Part shown: one piece after another, positions 39,081 to 50,191 of the stretch | Layout: the number at the start of each line of letters is the position of its first letter | Position numbering within the stretch: the stretch's first letter is position 1 | Origin: Nitrospinaceae bacterium | GTDB lineage: Bacteria > Nitrospinota > Nitrospinia > Nitrospinales > Nitrospinaceae | Reading direction: 5' to 3' | Length of the DNA stretch: 64,000 bases | Assembly (NCBI GenBank): GCA_965237905.1 | Contig: OZ250172.1 | Span: 704,001-768,000 of the forward strand | Translations under genes and position numbers: made by a program | Notes under the pieces: generated by a model | The model's database searches: none | What the model saw: the letters and a program-made list of their open reading frames with translations, nothing else | What the model was told of the DNA's origin: nothing

Positions 39081-39188
39081 CATTTCCCATTGAGCCTATA
39101 AAAGCAGCCCTTTCGACCCCCGGACCCCAAAAATTCAGGAAACCCCCTTCCCTGGAAGCGTTTCATCATATAATATAAGATATCTCCT

Positions 39189-41438
39189 ATGAACCGTGTT
39201 TCCAAAGATTCTGAGTACACTCCCTGGAAAAAATCACCCCCTAAAAAGTGGAGAAAACTTTTTAAGGTGATGGCGCTGGGGTGCGCCCTGCTCGTCGTCG
39301 GAGTTTTGGCCAGCCTGATGTTTCTGGACATGGACACCCTCCGGCAATCCCTGGCAAAGTCCTTGTCCGAAAAAACCGGCACACAGGTGGAGATACAATT
39401 TCTCGACCTGGGATATTCTCACGGCCTGGGTCTGGAAGCCAGCGGGTTGACCGTTCACAACAGCGAAGAAGGTCACCAACTGTTATCGGCAGAAAGCTTG
39501 TTCCTCGAAGTCAAAGTCCTACCTCTTTTGACCGGAGAGGTGGTGGTCGAAAATGCGGAAATTATCAAACCGAGGATCAAAGTGTATCGGGATTCCAAGG
39601 ATCCCCTGAAAACAGAGTTTAAAAAAACTTCATTGTCTTCCCTTAAGAAAAGAACCGTGGGGGACTATTCAATAGCTCAGGTGATAACGCCCGAGACTCC
39701 GGCCCAGGCTGAACAAGACCTCGCACAGGAAACTTCGTCAGCGCTGATCGACCGCCACATCATTGATGAATTTCGAAACCGACTGAAAAAATTTCATATC
39801 ACCGCTGAAAATATCCATGTGGAGCAGGGAACCCTTCAGATCATTCGCAGCGTTGCGGATGCACCGAACGAAAGTGAACCTCTCGGGTTTTCGTTTGATT
39901 TGAAAATCCGCCGACCCAGTGCCGAGGTGATCGATGTGATCCTGGAAGATCTCCATCTGGATTTGGGGTCGCTTTTTTTACTGGGAAGGGTTGAGGCCGA
40001 TGATGTGCTTTCGAAAACCTCCCGGCTGGAAGTCCAGATTCGCACCAAGCCTTTTGCCATCTCAGAATTGATCCGGGCTTTCAAACCCCTCCCGGAGGAA
40101 CAGGGCGAGACCTCCGGAAACAATGAAATCCCGTTTCAGATTGAGCAGTTGACCCTTCTCGCCTCCTGTCCACTCAACTCCGTGACGGATACGGAGACCC
40201 TGCGGCGCGACTTGAAAGCGGAAGCCCGCTTCGTGACCAAGGATGCTCAAATCCCCATCGGAGAACACGAGTTGCTGGTCTCCCAGGTCAAGGGAACAGC
40301 CAACTGGGAAGGCAGCTATATCCTGTATGAGATCCAGGGAGAAACGCTCAATGGAAGAGCCCGTATCGACGGTCAACAGCCTTTCCCCTTCAAGACCACC
40401 GAAAACCCCAATCCTTTACTGGAAACGGAGATCCACTTGACCGCCCTCGATTTTTCCCAGCTGGTCACCCCAAAAGGCTGGGAACAATCCAAAGGCCTGG
40501 TTTCCGGGGTCTTGAAAGTGGCCACCTCCTGGAATATGGAGCAACCACCGCTCGTCACCGGTTCTCTGCTGGGGGAAGATCTGGTATTGGCAGGAAAAAG
40601 TTTTAAATTATCCTCCCAGAAAACCGAGGTCCAATTCGAATCGCCTCCGGACAAACCCATATCCATGAATTTGATTTCAAACCAAGTAGTGATGGATAAC
40701 GTCCGCTTCAAGAAAGTCACGGCACAGGTCTTGCTCACCCCCGGCAAGGTGGTTCTTAAACGATCCACGTTTACCCCGAGGCATGGTACCCTCACCGCGC
40801 ATGGCACCTACCATACGCAATCAAAAAAATATCAATTGGAATTTTTGGGGAAAAACCTTTGGGCAGGCGATTACACTAAAAATCAAGTGCTGGGAATTAT
40901 GAGAACACACGGCTCGGTGAACGGTTATGTGCCTGAGAAACTTCCAGGAATCCGTGGATTGTTCGGTAACGTTTCATTAAAAATCTCCCCCGTCAATTTC
41001 GAAAAAGCGGAAGAAGTCAAAACCATTCTGGCCGTCATCGATCCTACTTTTTTCCGGAAACAAAATGCCCGGGGATTACGATTCGATGATCTGGGGGGCA
41101 ATTTTAAAATCACCAACGGAAAATTCAACACCAGCAACCTCACCTTGAAGGGTGAGCCAATGGATGTTTATTTCGAGGGCATGTTCGATGGACACAGCCA
41201 ATCATTAAACATGCTGGGAAAAGCGATCCCAAAATTCGATATGATCAGGACCTTGAAGTCTTCTTCACAACTGGCTCAATTTGTATCGAAAGCGCAATCC
41301 GATGATGGAGGATTGATCGCAACCCATTTCAAGCTGGAAGGCCCGGTATCCCACCCACAAATGACCCTGCTCGGAATCAAGCTACAAAAAGGCAAATCAA
41401 GCCAGTTACTCAAAAACCTGAAGGGTTTGATAAGATAA
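39189..41438 (+). CDS. AsmA family protein
   Basis: N-terminal TM anchor, beta-rich body, AsmA-like C-terminus (FKITNGK...FKLEGP...P). Confidence 0.8.
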   Translation: MNRVSKDSEYTPWKKSPPKKWRKLFKVMALGCALLVVGVLASLMFLDMDTLRQSLAKSLSEKTGTQVEIQFLDLGYSHGLGLEASGLTVHNSEEGHQLLSAESLFLEVKVLPLLTGEVVVENAEIIKPRIKVYRDSKDPLKTEFKKTSLSSLKKRTVGDYSIAQVITPETPAQAEQDLAQETSSALIDRHIIDEFRNRLKKFHITAENIHVEQGTLQIIRSVADAPNESEPLGFSFDLKIRRPSAEVIDVILEDLHLDLGSLFLLGRVEADDVLSKTSRLEVQIRTKPFAISELIRAFKPLPEEQGETSGNNEIPFQIEQLTLLASCPLNSVTDTETLRRDLKAEARFVTKDAQIPIGEHELLVSQVKGTANWEGSYILYEIQGETLNGRARIDGQQPFPFKTTENPNPLLETEIHLTALDFSQLVTPKGWEQSKGLVSGVLKVATSWNMEQPPLVTGSLLGEDLVLAGKSFKLSSQKTEVQFESPPDKPISMNLISNQVVMDNVRFKKVTAQVLLTPGKVVLKRSTFTPRHGTLTAHGTYHTQSKKYQLEFLGKNLWAGDYTKNQVLGIMRTHGSVNGYVPEKLPGIRGLFGNVSLKISPVNFEKAEEVKTILAVIDPTFFRKQNARGLRFDDLGGNFKITNGKFNTSNLTLKGEPMDVYFEGMFDGHSQSLNMLGKAIPKFDMIRTLKSSSQLAQFVSKAQSDDGGLIATHFKLEGPVSHPQMTLLGIKLQKGKSSQLLKNLKGLIR

Positions 41439-41454
41439 ATAAAGCAGGAAGGAA

Positions 41455-42126
41455 TTAAACGGATTTAACGGTGAGGTCGCCGTCGAGCTGTTGTTTGATC
41501 AGCCGGTCGATATGCTGGAGGGTGCCGGTCAGGGACGACGGGCAATCGCCGCAAGCGCCCTGATAATGAATCTGCACTTCATTCCCCTCCAATCCTTTGA
41601 GGTCCACTCCGCCGCCGTCCTGGGACAACTGAAACCGGATGGAACGGTCCAGCACCATTTCAATGGCTTCCAACTTTTTTTCCTGCGGGAGCGCGTTAAA
41701 ATCGGAAACGTCGATATCGATCTTCTCGACAGCCGTATCCGACGGATACACATGGACCTTTTCGTCGATAATGTTCCACACCGGGGTCTTCAGGTGGTGC
41801 CAATCGGCTTCGTTCCCCACCGTAACGGTGACGAAATTTTTCATGATGTAAACACTCGTGATCTCATCATGGTCCACCAGAGCTGTCGCCAAGGCATCGC
41901 CCACCGAGTCTACCGGGCTGGTGAAGGACCGGTAGCCGTTCTCCAGAATCTGCGTGTTCAAAACGAATTGCAGGGCCTTGGGGTTGGGGGTCTCGCGGGT
42001 ACGGATCACCTTGAGCGCCTTTTTATCGACCGGCTTTCGCGGACGGTCTTCCGGCGGCTTCCCGGCGTTTTTCTGTTCGGCCTTGCGGGCCAGTACTTCA
42101 CTGATTTTCACGGTTCGTACCCTCAA
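41455..42126 (-). CDS. NifU/Nfu family Fe-S scaffold protein
   Basis: TPNPKALQF (Nfu N-terminal domain); DGGGV...YQGACGDCPSS. Confidence 0.9.
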   Translation of the reverse strand: MRVRTVKISEVLARKAEQKNAGKPPEDRPRKPVDKKALKVIRTRETPNPKALQFVLNTQILENGYRSFTSPVDSVGDALATALVDHDEITSVYIMKNFVTVTVGNEADWHHLKTPVWNIIDEKVHVYPSDTAVEKIDIDVSDFNALPQEKKLEAIEMVLDRSIRFQLSQDGGGVDLKGLEGNEVQIHYQGACGDCPSSLTGTLQHIDRLIKQQLDGDLTVKSV

Positions 42127-42247
42127 TGACTGTTAAGCCCTCATCATAATACATTTCAGTGGAAAATCAAGGCGGAGTGCGGCGAATCGCCGCAGATAAT
42201 TTAAAAACCATATATTGCGCATGGGGATCATCGATTGGCGTCAGCTG

Positions 42248-43954
42248 TCAGCCAATTCCCTCCCCCGGCAGGGGGCGCAATTTATGCACTTTCAGGGCCT
42301 GCAAGCCCTCATATCCGACAAACAGCGCCAGCCCGATCAATACCAATGACGCGCTACCCAGAAACCAGTTCGGTTGCGGCGCGGTCATGAACCGGTACGC
42401 CTGCCACGCCAGCGCTCCGATGGTGGTGATGACCATGAACACCGCCGGGGCCAGGGTATAGGTGGTCGGTTTCCGGACCCCAATCAGATACGTGGAAATC
42501 ACGAACAAAGCCACCGCCGCGATGAGTTGATTGGTCGCGCCAAAAATCGGCCAGATTTTCTGCCAACCGTCGGTCGCGCCGATGAGATACGCCAGTATCA
42601 CGACCAAAGCCGTTGTCACATATTTGTTGAGCATGACGGGTACGCGTGCGCCCGCGCTTTCCTGCACGATGAACCGCGTAATCCGCACCGCCGTATCCAG
42701 CGTCGTCATAACGAACGTGTTCAGGGCCAGCACCGCCACCATGGACGCGACGGTGAATCCCAGAAACGGCAGCATCTGGCTGACCACATTTCCGTAGCCA
42801 CTGCCGAACGCGTGAATCCATCCCCCGGCCTTCAACGTTTCGCGGAATCCGAGAGCGCCCATATCGATTCCACCCGCCGCCGGGGCCACCCAGTACAGCC
42901 CGCCACCGACCAACAGCACGGTGCAGACGGCTACCACACCTTCGGTCAACATGCCGCCGTAGCTGATCAGGCGGCCTTCGGTTTCATTGGTGAGTTGTTT
43001 GGACACGGTGCCGCCCGCCACCAGTGAATGGAATCCGGAGACGGCACCACACGCCACCAGCACGAACAGCATCGGCCACACCGGCCCCTGTCCTTCGGAA
43101 TAGGCACCGAGATATGCGGGGGTGTTGAGTCCGGGGTGCACCCACAACAAAGCGAGTATTCCCAACGCCATGCTCCCGAACAACACATAGGTCGACAAAT
43201 AATCGCGCGGTTGCAGGAGCAGTTGTACCGGCATCACCGACGCCACCGCCGCGTACAGCATCAACACCACAAACCAGAACATGAGCGGTGACAATCCGAG
43301 AACGCCTGCTTCGGACAAGGGCACAGGATATTTGAATCCGAGATAGATGCTGGACAACAGCGCCGCAATCGCCAGCACCGAGGATAGCCCGAGTGGAAAT
43401 CCCTTGCGGTAAATGGCCCAGCCTAACAACATGGATACAGGAATGATCGCCAGCGTGGGAATCACCATCTGCGGTTGGGCGATCAACGTTTTGGCCGCCA
43501 CCACGCCGAACACGGCGATCACCAACAGCATCGCCAGCACCAGAAACACTGCGAACACCGACTTGGCGCGCGGACCCATGGTGGTTTCGGCGATGTCGGC
43601 AATCGAGCTTCCCCGGTTGCGGACGGAAATCATGAGAGCCAGATAATCGTGTACCGCGCCGATGAACACGTTGCCGAGGAGAATCCAGACGAGGGTCAGC
43701 GCCCAACCGAAATGGTGCATGGCGATGATCGGGCCGATGACCGGTCCCGCCCCGGCAATGGACGCGAAATTGTGACCGAACAACACCACCGGCTTGCTGG
43801 GAACGTAATCGACGCCGTCGTTCTGCGATACGGCGGGGGTTTTAAATCCAGCGTCGGGCTGAACCACGTCGCGGTCAATCCGCGCGGCATAAAACCGGTA
43901 GCCCACGAAATAAAAAAACAGGCAGGAAAAAATAAGTATGACCAGCGTCCACAT
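42248..43954 (-). CDS. cstA: Carbon starvation protein A (peptide/pyruvate transporter)
   Basis: DGVDYVP, FGHNFASIAGAGP, GAVHD, ACGAVSGFHSL, IWPIFGATNQL. Confidence 0.95.
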   Translation of the reverse strand: MWTLVILIFSCLFFYFVGYRFYAARIDRDVVQPDAGFKTPAVSQNDGVDYVPSKPVVLFGHNFASIAGAGPVIGPIIAMHHFGWALTLVWILLGNVFIGAVHDYLALMISVRNRGSSIADIAETTMGPRAKSVFAVFLVLAMLLVIAVFGVVAAKTLIAQPQMVIPTLAIIPVSMLLGWAIYRKGFPLGLSSVLAIAALLSSIYLGFKYPVPLSEAGVLGLSPLMFWFVVLMLYAAVASVMPVQLLLQPRDYLSTYVLFGSMALGILALLWVHPGLNTPAYLGAYSEGQGPVWPMLFVLVACGAVSGFHSLVAGGTVSKQLTNETEGRLISYGGMLTEGVVAVCTVLLVGGGLYWVAPAAGGIDMGALGFRETLKAGGWIHAFGSGYGNVVSQMLPFLGFTVASMVAVLALNTFVMTTLDTAVRITRFIVQESAGARVPVMLNKYVTTALVVILAYLIGATDGWQKIWPIFGATNQLIAAVALFVISTYLIGVRKPTTYTLAPAVFMVITTIGALAWQAYRFMTAPQPNWFLGSASLVLIGLALFVGYEGLQALKVHKLRPLPGEGIG

Positions 43955-44018
43955 AGTACTTCAACCCGGGAGAATCTCCCAAGCCCCTTAAATCCTTAAA
44001 ATTAAAGGCTAATAGCTA

Positions 44019-45604
<1,586 letters not shown>

Positions 45605-45740
45605 TCAGTTGGTTTCAATTCAAAAAAATTGTTACGAGTTCAGTACCAGGTTGGGTGGCAGATTTCCGGCGACCAACCGGGTATTATGGAGATTTGAGAT
45701 ATAAAGTCAACCGCTTTCATATTTACAACAAAACCAAAGA

Positions 45741-45952
45741 AAATTAACCACAGATGAACACAGATAAACACGGATGACCCCCAAGGCTGTCGAAACGTAA
45801 CGAAGGTTTCTCACCACAGAGGACACAGAGAAAACCTTAAAGCAAAATATCTCCGCTGGTAAAATAAAATCCAGATTCTTCGTCCCTGCGGTCCTCAGAA
45901 TGACAGTACTTGTTTTTATCTGTGTGTATCTGTGTTCATCTGTGGTTAATTT
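45741..45952. repeat. Nested palindromic composite A (MITE-like)
   Basis: About 37-nt inverted arms (AAATTAACCACAGATGAACACAGAT...) at 45741-45777 and 45916-45952, enclosing half-modules shared with composites B and C. Confidence 0.9.
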
Positions 45953-45965
45953 GGGTTGGGGTTGC

Positions 45966-46373
45966 CTAGCCCTTGAAATCTTTCAGGCGTTGTTTGATTT
46001 CTTCAGGCGGGATGACCGGCCCCTGGCCGATACCGGGGCAGAACCCGGCGGTCAATTTCCAATGATTGCGGGTCCGCAGGTTTTCCTGCCAGAACGGATA
46101 GGTGTGGCACTGCTTGGGCTTGGCCGGGTGAATGCCACAGCCCTGTAGGGTGAGAAACTGGCACACCTGCCCCTCCTCCAGTTCCATTTCCCATACGCCG
46201 TGATCTTTTACCAGGAATTTTTTTTTGAAGTCGGACGTCTTGATTTCCAGAAACTTCGCCGCGTCGTAGATATCCCCCCGGTCGAAGTTCACCACGCCGG
46301 GCTTCATACAGCACTTGAAGCAATCGGGCTGGCACTCAAACCGAATCGGTTCTGTTTCCCACCACTTGGGCAT
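45966..46373 (-). CDS. YkgJ family cysteine-cluster protein
   Basis: RFECQPDCFKCC...CQFL...CGIH..KP.QC.TYPFW...CPGIG. Confidence 0.9.
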   Translation of the reverse strand: MPKWWETEPIRFECQPDCFKCCMKPGVVNFDRGDIYDAAKFLEIKTSDFKKKFLVKDHGVWEMELEEGQVCQFLTLQGCGIHPAKPKQCHTYPFWQENLRTRNHWKLTAGFCPGIGQGPVIPPEEIKQRLKDFKG

Positions 46374-46375
46374 GG

Positions 46376-47545
46376 TTAGATCAACACGAGGTCATCGCGG
46401 TGGATGACTTCTTCGTAAAAGTTGGCGCCGACGAGACTGCGCACGGCGGCGGTTTTCATTCCCTTGATCTGGTCGAGATCGCGCGAGTTGTAATTGACCA
46501 GACCGCGGGCGATTTCTTTCCCTTTCTCGTCCAGTATACGCACGGCGCTGCCGAATTCAAACTTTCCGTCCACTTTAATGATCCCCGCCGCCAACAAACT
46601 CTTGCCGCGCTCCACCAACGCCTTGCGCGCACCCGCGTCTATTTTGATCGATCCCGCCGGTTTCAGCGTGTGGGCGATCCAGTGCTTGCGGTCCTTGATC
46701 TTCGCCTCGCCCGACCAGAACAGCGTGCCGATCGGACTCCCGGCAAATACCTTTTTCAGGTTCTCGCCCTTGAGGCCGTTGATGATGAGCGTGGGAATGC
46801 CGAAGCTCATAGTCTTTTTTGCCGCCAGCACTTTCGTGAACATGCCACCGACCGCTAACGGATTCTTACTCTTGCCTGCCAACCGTTCGATTTCCGGAGT
46901 GACGCGGTCGACATGCGAGATCAACTCCGGCGACTTATCAGAATTATTTCGAGCCTTCGCGGGGTCCTCCGTGTACAAGCCGTCGACGTCCGACAGCAGA
47001 ATCAGCAGATGTGCCTCCGCCATGCAGGCCACGTTGGCCGACAGCGTGTCGTTGTCGCCGATCTTGATCTCGTCGACCGTCACCGAATCGTTTTCGTTGA
47101 CGATCGGGATAACGCCGTGCTCCAAGAGGGCTTCCAGCGTGTGCCGGACGTTCAGATAGCGTTTGCGGTTTTCGAGGTCGTCGTGGCCCAGCAGAATCTG
47201 CGCAACCTTGAGGCCCTGCTTCTCGAACGACCGCTCATAAGAGCGCATCAGGGAACTCTGGCCGATGGCGGCGCAGGCCTGTTTCTCCGGGATGTCGAGG
47301 TTGGGCCGCTTGAGATTCAGCCGCTCGCGCCCCGCCATGATCGCACCCGACGACACCAGAATCACCTCGTACCCCGCGTCGGCGATGGCCTTGATGCGCC
47401 TCGCGTAACTGCGGATGCGCTTCTGGCTGAGGCCGCGCTCCAGAGGCGCCTTGCCCGACTCGTGGTCGGAGATCACCCCACTCCCCACCTTGATCACCAC
47501 CCGCTTCGCCCGCTTCAGAATGTTTTTTCGCAGTTCCCGGCTCAT
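46376..47545 (-). CDS. proB: Glutamate 5-kinase
   Basis: VIKVGS, VSSGAI, AAIGQ, PIVNENDSV, GDNDTL, C-terminal PUA domain. Confidence 0.97.
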   Translation of the reverse strand: MSRELRKNILKRAKRVVIKVGSGVISDHESGKAPLERGLSQKRIRSYARRIKAIADAGYEVILVSSGAIMAGRERLNLKRPNLDIPEKQACAAIGQSSLMRSYERSFEKQGLKVAQILLGHDDLENRKRYLNVRHTLEALLEHGVIPIVNENDSVTVDEIKIGDNDTLSANVACMAEAHLLILLSDVDGLYTEDPAKARNNSDKSPELISHVDRVTPEIERLAGKSKNPLAVGGMFTKVLAAKKTMSFGIPTLIINGLKGENLKKVFAGSPIGTLFWSGEAKIKDRKHWIAHTLKPAGSIKIDAGARKALVERGKSLLAAGIIKVDGKFEFGSAVRILDEKGKEIARGLVNYNSRDLDQIKGMKTAAVRSLVGANFYEEVIHRDDLVLI

Positions 47546-47627
47546 ACCATCCTTCTTTGACAAGTAAACATAAAGTATTGCATCTTAAACCATCACTCAA
47601 ACAGGTACAAGAAGAAGGATTCGCAGA

Positions 47628-47684
47628 TCACTCTTTATTGGCTTTGTTTTTCAGGAATTCCCGCAGGGCGGGGGAGTTGGCGAG
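47628..47684 (-). pseudogene. Displaced duplicate of the ankyrin gene 3' end
   Basis: Translates LANSPALREFLKNKANKE* versus LANSPAMREFLQSKAK* in the intact gene; 41/51 nt identical to 48469-48519. Confidence 0.9.
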
Positions 47685-47693
47685 ACGGTTCAA

Positions 47694-48341
47694 CTAATTT
47701 GGATTGAAGGGGACCCACTTTCTGTTTTGGTTTTCACTCCTGCACATGAATTTCTTTCCCTGATATTCACAGAATTGATACGACCCGGTTTCCAGCCTGA
47801 AAGTAAAACTCCCCCCTCCTTTTATCGAGAGAAATAAGGTTCTCTGATCTGGATTGATGTAGGTGGGTTGTTTCCGCCAATGGAAGGAAGAAATCGAATG
47901 GGGAAATGACGCAATTTCTTTTTCGATAAACAGGTCCGCAAGCCTATAGCTTTGTAGGCGTTGTCCTTTAAAATCGTAAAAAACTATTACTTGACCGTAT
48001 CCCATGTTAGCCCAGTTGTCCAGTGTCACCCAATACCCCTTGTTGGAAACATAAATTTCGACAGGGGACAAAGGGTTGGCCAACTTGATTTTCTTCATAA
48101 ATCGGTAGGATTTATTCTCCTGTCGTTGATACAGCTCCGCCCTCGCGTAGGTGACTCTTGAGGCTCGCTTGGAACCAGGAGTACGCCCGAGATTGCCAGG
48201 AATGACCCGGACGAAGTATTCCCTGGATTCGCTGTAGACCTCCTTTATTCGCGGAGTCCCCCATTTGTCGGCGAATGAAAAATCTGTCAGGGGTGTGACA
48301 AACCAGACCGATAGTAGGAGTGCAATGGGAATTTTTGCCAT
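47694..48341 (-). CDS. Hypothetical exported protein (islet cargo)
   Basis: 215 aa, signal-peptide-like N-terminus, visibly AT-richer than neighbours, AAGG RBS. Confidence 0.8.
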   Translation of the reverse strand: MAKIPIALLLSVWFVTPLTDFSFADKWGTPRIKEVYSESREYFVRVIPGNLGRTPGSKRASRVTYARAELYQRQENKSYRFMKKIKLANPLSPVEIYVSNKGYWVTLDNWANMGYGQVIVFYDFKGQRLQSYRLADLFIEKEIASFPHSISSFHWRKQPTYINPDQRTLFLSIKGGGSFTFRLETGSYQFCEYQGKKFMCRSENQNRKWVPFNPN

Positions 48342-48410
48342 CTCGAAATTTCCTTCTTAATTTCTAATCCCCTCCAGTATAAGGGAAAGGGGGTCATGTC
48401 CGATTGAAAT

Positions 48411-48464
48411 TTTATCCGTGCTCATCGGTGGTTCCAAATCCCCCCTGCCCCCTTTACAAGGGGG
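48411..48464 (+). repeat. Partial 10-mer arm plus CCCCCTTTACAAGGGGG palindrome, copy 2
   Basis: TTTATCCGTGCTCATCGGTGGTT resembles the composite arms; 48437-48464 matches 36637-36664. Confidence 0.75.
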
Positions 48465-48468
48465 TGTT

Positions 48469-49116
48469 TTATTTGGCTTTGCTTTGCAGAAACTCTCTCA
48501 TTGCGGGGGAGTTGGCGAGGTGGATGGGGGTGATGCCGGGCTGGCGGGTGAATGGGTCGAGGCCTTTGGCTTTCACGTCTGCTCCTTTGGCAATCAACAG
48601 CTTGGCGATGCCTTTCTGTCCGCTGAGCGCGGCGTAATGCAGGGGTGTCAGTTTCAAATTATCGCGGGCGTTGATATTGGCGCCTTTTTCCATGAGCAAG
48701 TCCGCCATCGATTCCGGCCCGAACTGCGAAACGAAGTGTAAGGGGGTTTTGCCCCAGGATTTTTCTTTGGCACCCAGATCCGCGCCGTTTTTGATGAGCA
48801 GTTCCGCAACATCCGTCTGCACCAACTGCGTCGCCAGATGAAGCGGGGTGAACGCGTCGCGGTCTCGTGCGTTGACGTTGGCGCCTTTTTCGATGAGGAG
48901 ACGCGCCACTTGCCCGTATCCGCGGTTGACCGCCCAGTGCAGGGCGGTGCGCTGGAAGCCATCACGCGCGTTGATGTCCGCGCCCGACTCGAGCAGTCCC
49001 TGCACCTGCGTCAGGTTGCCCATCTTCGCGGACTCGTGCAAATAGGTCGTCTCTTCTCCCGAACAGGAGGCGAGAAGCAGGGCCAGACAAAATCCCAAAA
49101 CCAGAAATTTATCCAC
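48469..49116 (-). CDS. Ankyrin repeat lipoprotein
   Basis: TPLH/TALH ankyrin repeats. GTG at 49116 gives signal MDKFLVLGFCLALLLASC with a lipobox; the longer ORF start at 49305 is translation of repeat DNA. Confidence 0.88.
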   Translation of the reverse strand: MDKFLVLGFCLALLLASCSGEETTYLHESAKMGNLTQVQGLLESGADINARDGFQRTALHWAVNRGYGQVARLLIEKGANVNARDRDAFTPLHLATQLVQTDVAELLIKNGADLGAKEKSWGKTPLHFVSQFGPESMADLLMEKGANINARDNLKLTPLHYAALSGQKGIAKLLIAKGADVKAKGLDPFTRQPGITPIHLANSPAMREFLQSKAK

Positions 49117-49325
49117 AGATGAACACAGATAAACACCGATGAAAGCATAGATTCTACCTCGGCTTCGCCTCCTCAGAATGACATACTGATGCTGAATGTC
49201 ATCCTGAGCACTAGCGAAGGATCTGGGTTTTATCCCTGTTCCGTGCTCCATGTTCCCTGTTCCGGGTTCATCCCTATTCCCTGTTCTGGGTTTATCGGTG
49301 TCCATCTGTGTTCATCTGTGGTTAA
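49111..49325. repeat. Nested palindromic composite B
   Basis: Outer 10-mer IR arms 49111-49143 and 49291-49325; inner IR 49149-49184 / 49196-49224; TCCCTGT-type heptamer run 49233-49291. Confidence 0.92.
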
Positions 49326-50191
49326 TTTTGTTTGGCTGTTTCCTGTTTGGCTGTTTTCTGTTGCGCCTGGATGCGTATGACAAACTCTTTGATCGTATCA
49401 AAGTATTCCTCCCCGCCAACGCCGTAGGTATTGTTATGTCCCGCGCCCACGATCGAATAAAACTCCTTGGGTTGTGCGGCACCCTTGTACAGTTCGCGCC
49501 CCAGCGTATAGGGAATGATCGTATCCTTCGTTCCGTGAATAAACAGTTTCGGCATGCTCAAGTGCGCCACGTATCCCAGCGTGTTCAATTCCGAGCTGAT
49601 GAACCAGCCCACTGGCAGGGCGGGAAACATTTTATCGGCCATGTCATCCGCGTTGGTGAAGGTCGACTCCAGAATCAGCCCCGCCGCCGGGTTTTGGGAA
49701 GCGGTGTACGACGCGAACGGCCTCCCAAGCGACCGCCCAAATATAAACAAGGATGGAAGCGATACTCCCGGCTGGGTCAATACCGTGTCATACGCCGCCT
49801 GGCAATCCAGATAAATGTCGTCTTCATCGGGGTCGCCCTCGCTCCGCCCAAAGCCCCGGTAATCGAAAATAAAAACGTTCAGTTTCAGGTGGTGCAGGAA
49901 GAAAATATTCTCCAGCCGGTGGGTGATGTTTCCGGCATTGCCGTGGAAAAACAGGAGAGTGGCGACCGCTTCCTCACTGGGAACATACCAGCCGTGCAGT
50001 TTGACGCCGTCTTTGGCCGTAAACCAGACGTCCTGAATCGGCAGCGGCATCTTGGACGTGTCCCACAGGCCATCGGGATATTTAATGGGATGATAAATAA
50101 TTTTATTTTCACAGCCGACCAGTAGTACGGTGAACAGCGCCAGCACTACGATCAAACCCACGAGCGTATTGAGAAGCATCTTTTTTATCAT
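49322..50191 (-). CDS. Alpha/beta hydrolase
   Basis: FHGNAGNI, DYRGFG.SEG, GRSLG, IHGTKD.IIP, GAGHN. Confidence 0.93.
   Translation of the reverse strand: MIKKMLLNTLVGLIVVLALFTVLLVGCENKIIYHPIKYPDGLWDTSKMPLPIQDVWFTAKDGVKLHGWYVPSEEAVATLLFFHGNAGNITHRLENIFFLHHLKLNVFIFDYRGFGRSEGDPDEDDIYLDCQAAYDTVLTQPGVSLPSLFIFGRSLGRPFASYTASQNPAAGLILESTFTNADDMADKMFPALPVGWFISSELNTLGYVAHLSMPKLFIHGTKDTIIPYTLGRELYKGAAQPKEFYSIVGAGHNNTYGVGGEEYFDTIKEFVIRIQAQQKTAKQETAKQN

Noticed and set aside
49117..49305. N-terminal 63 aa of the 278-aa ankyrin ORF
   Set aside because: It is translation of repeat DNA; the signal peptide begins at GTG 49116. Not called as coding.
49327..49360. 15-nt tandem duplication encoding KTAKQ/ETAKQ at the hydrolase C-terminus
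   Set aside because: Real, but a two-copy low-complexity tail with no evidence of function.
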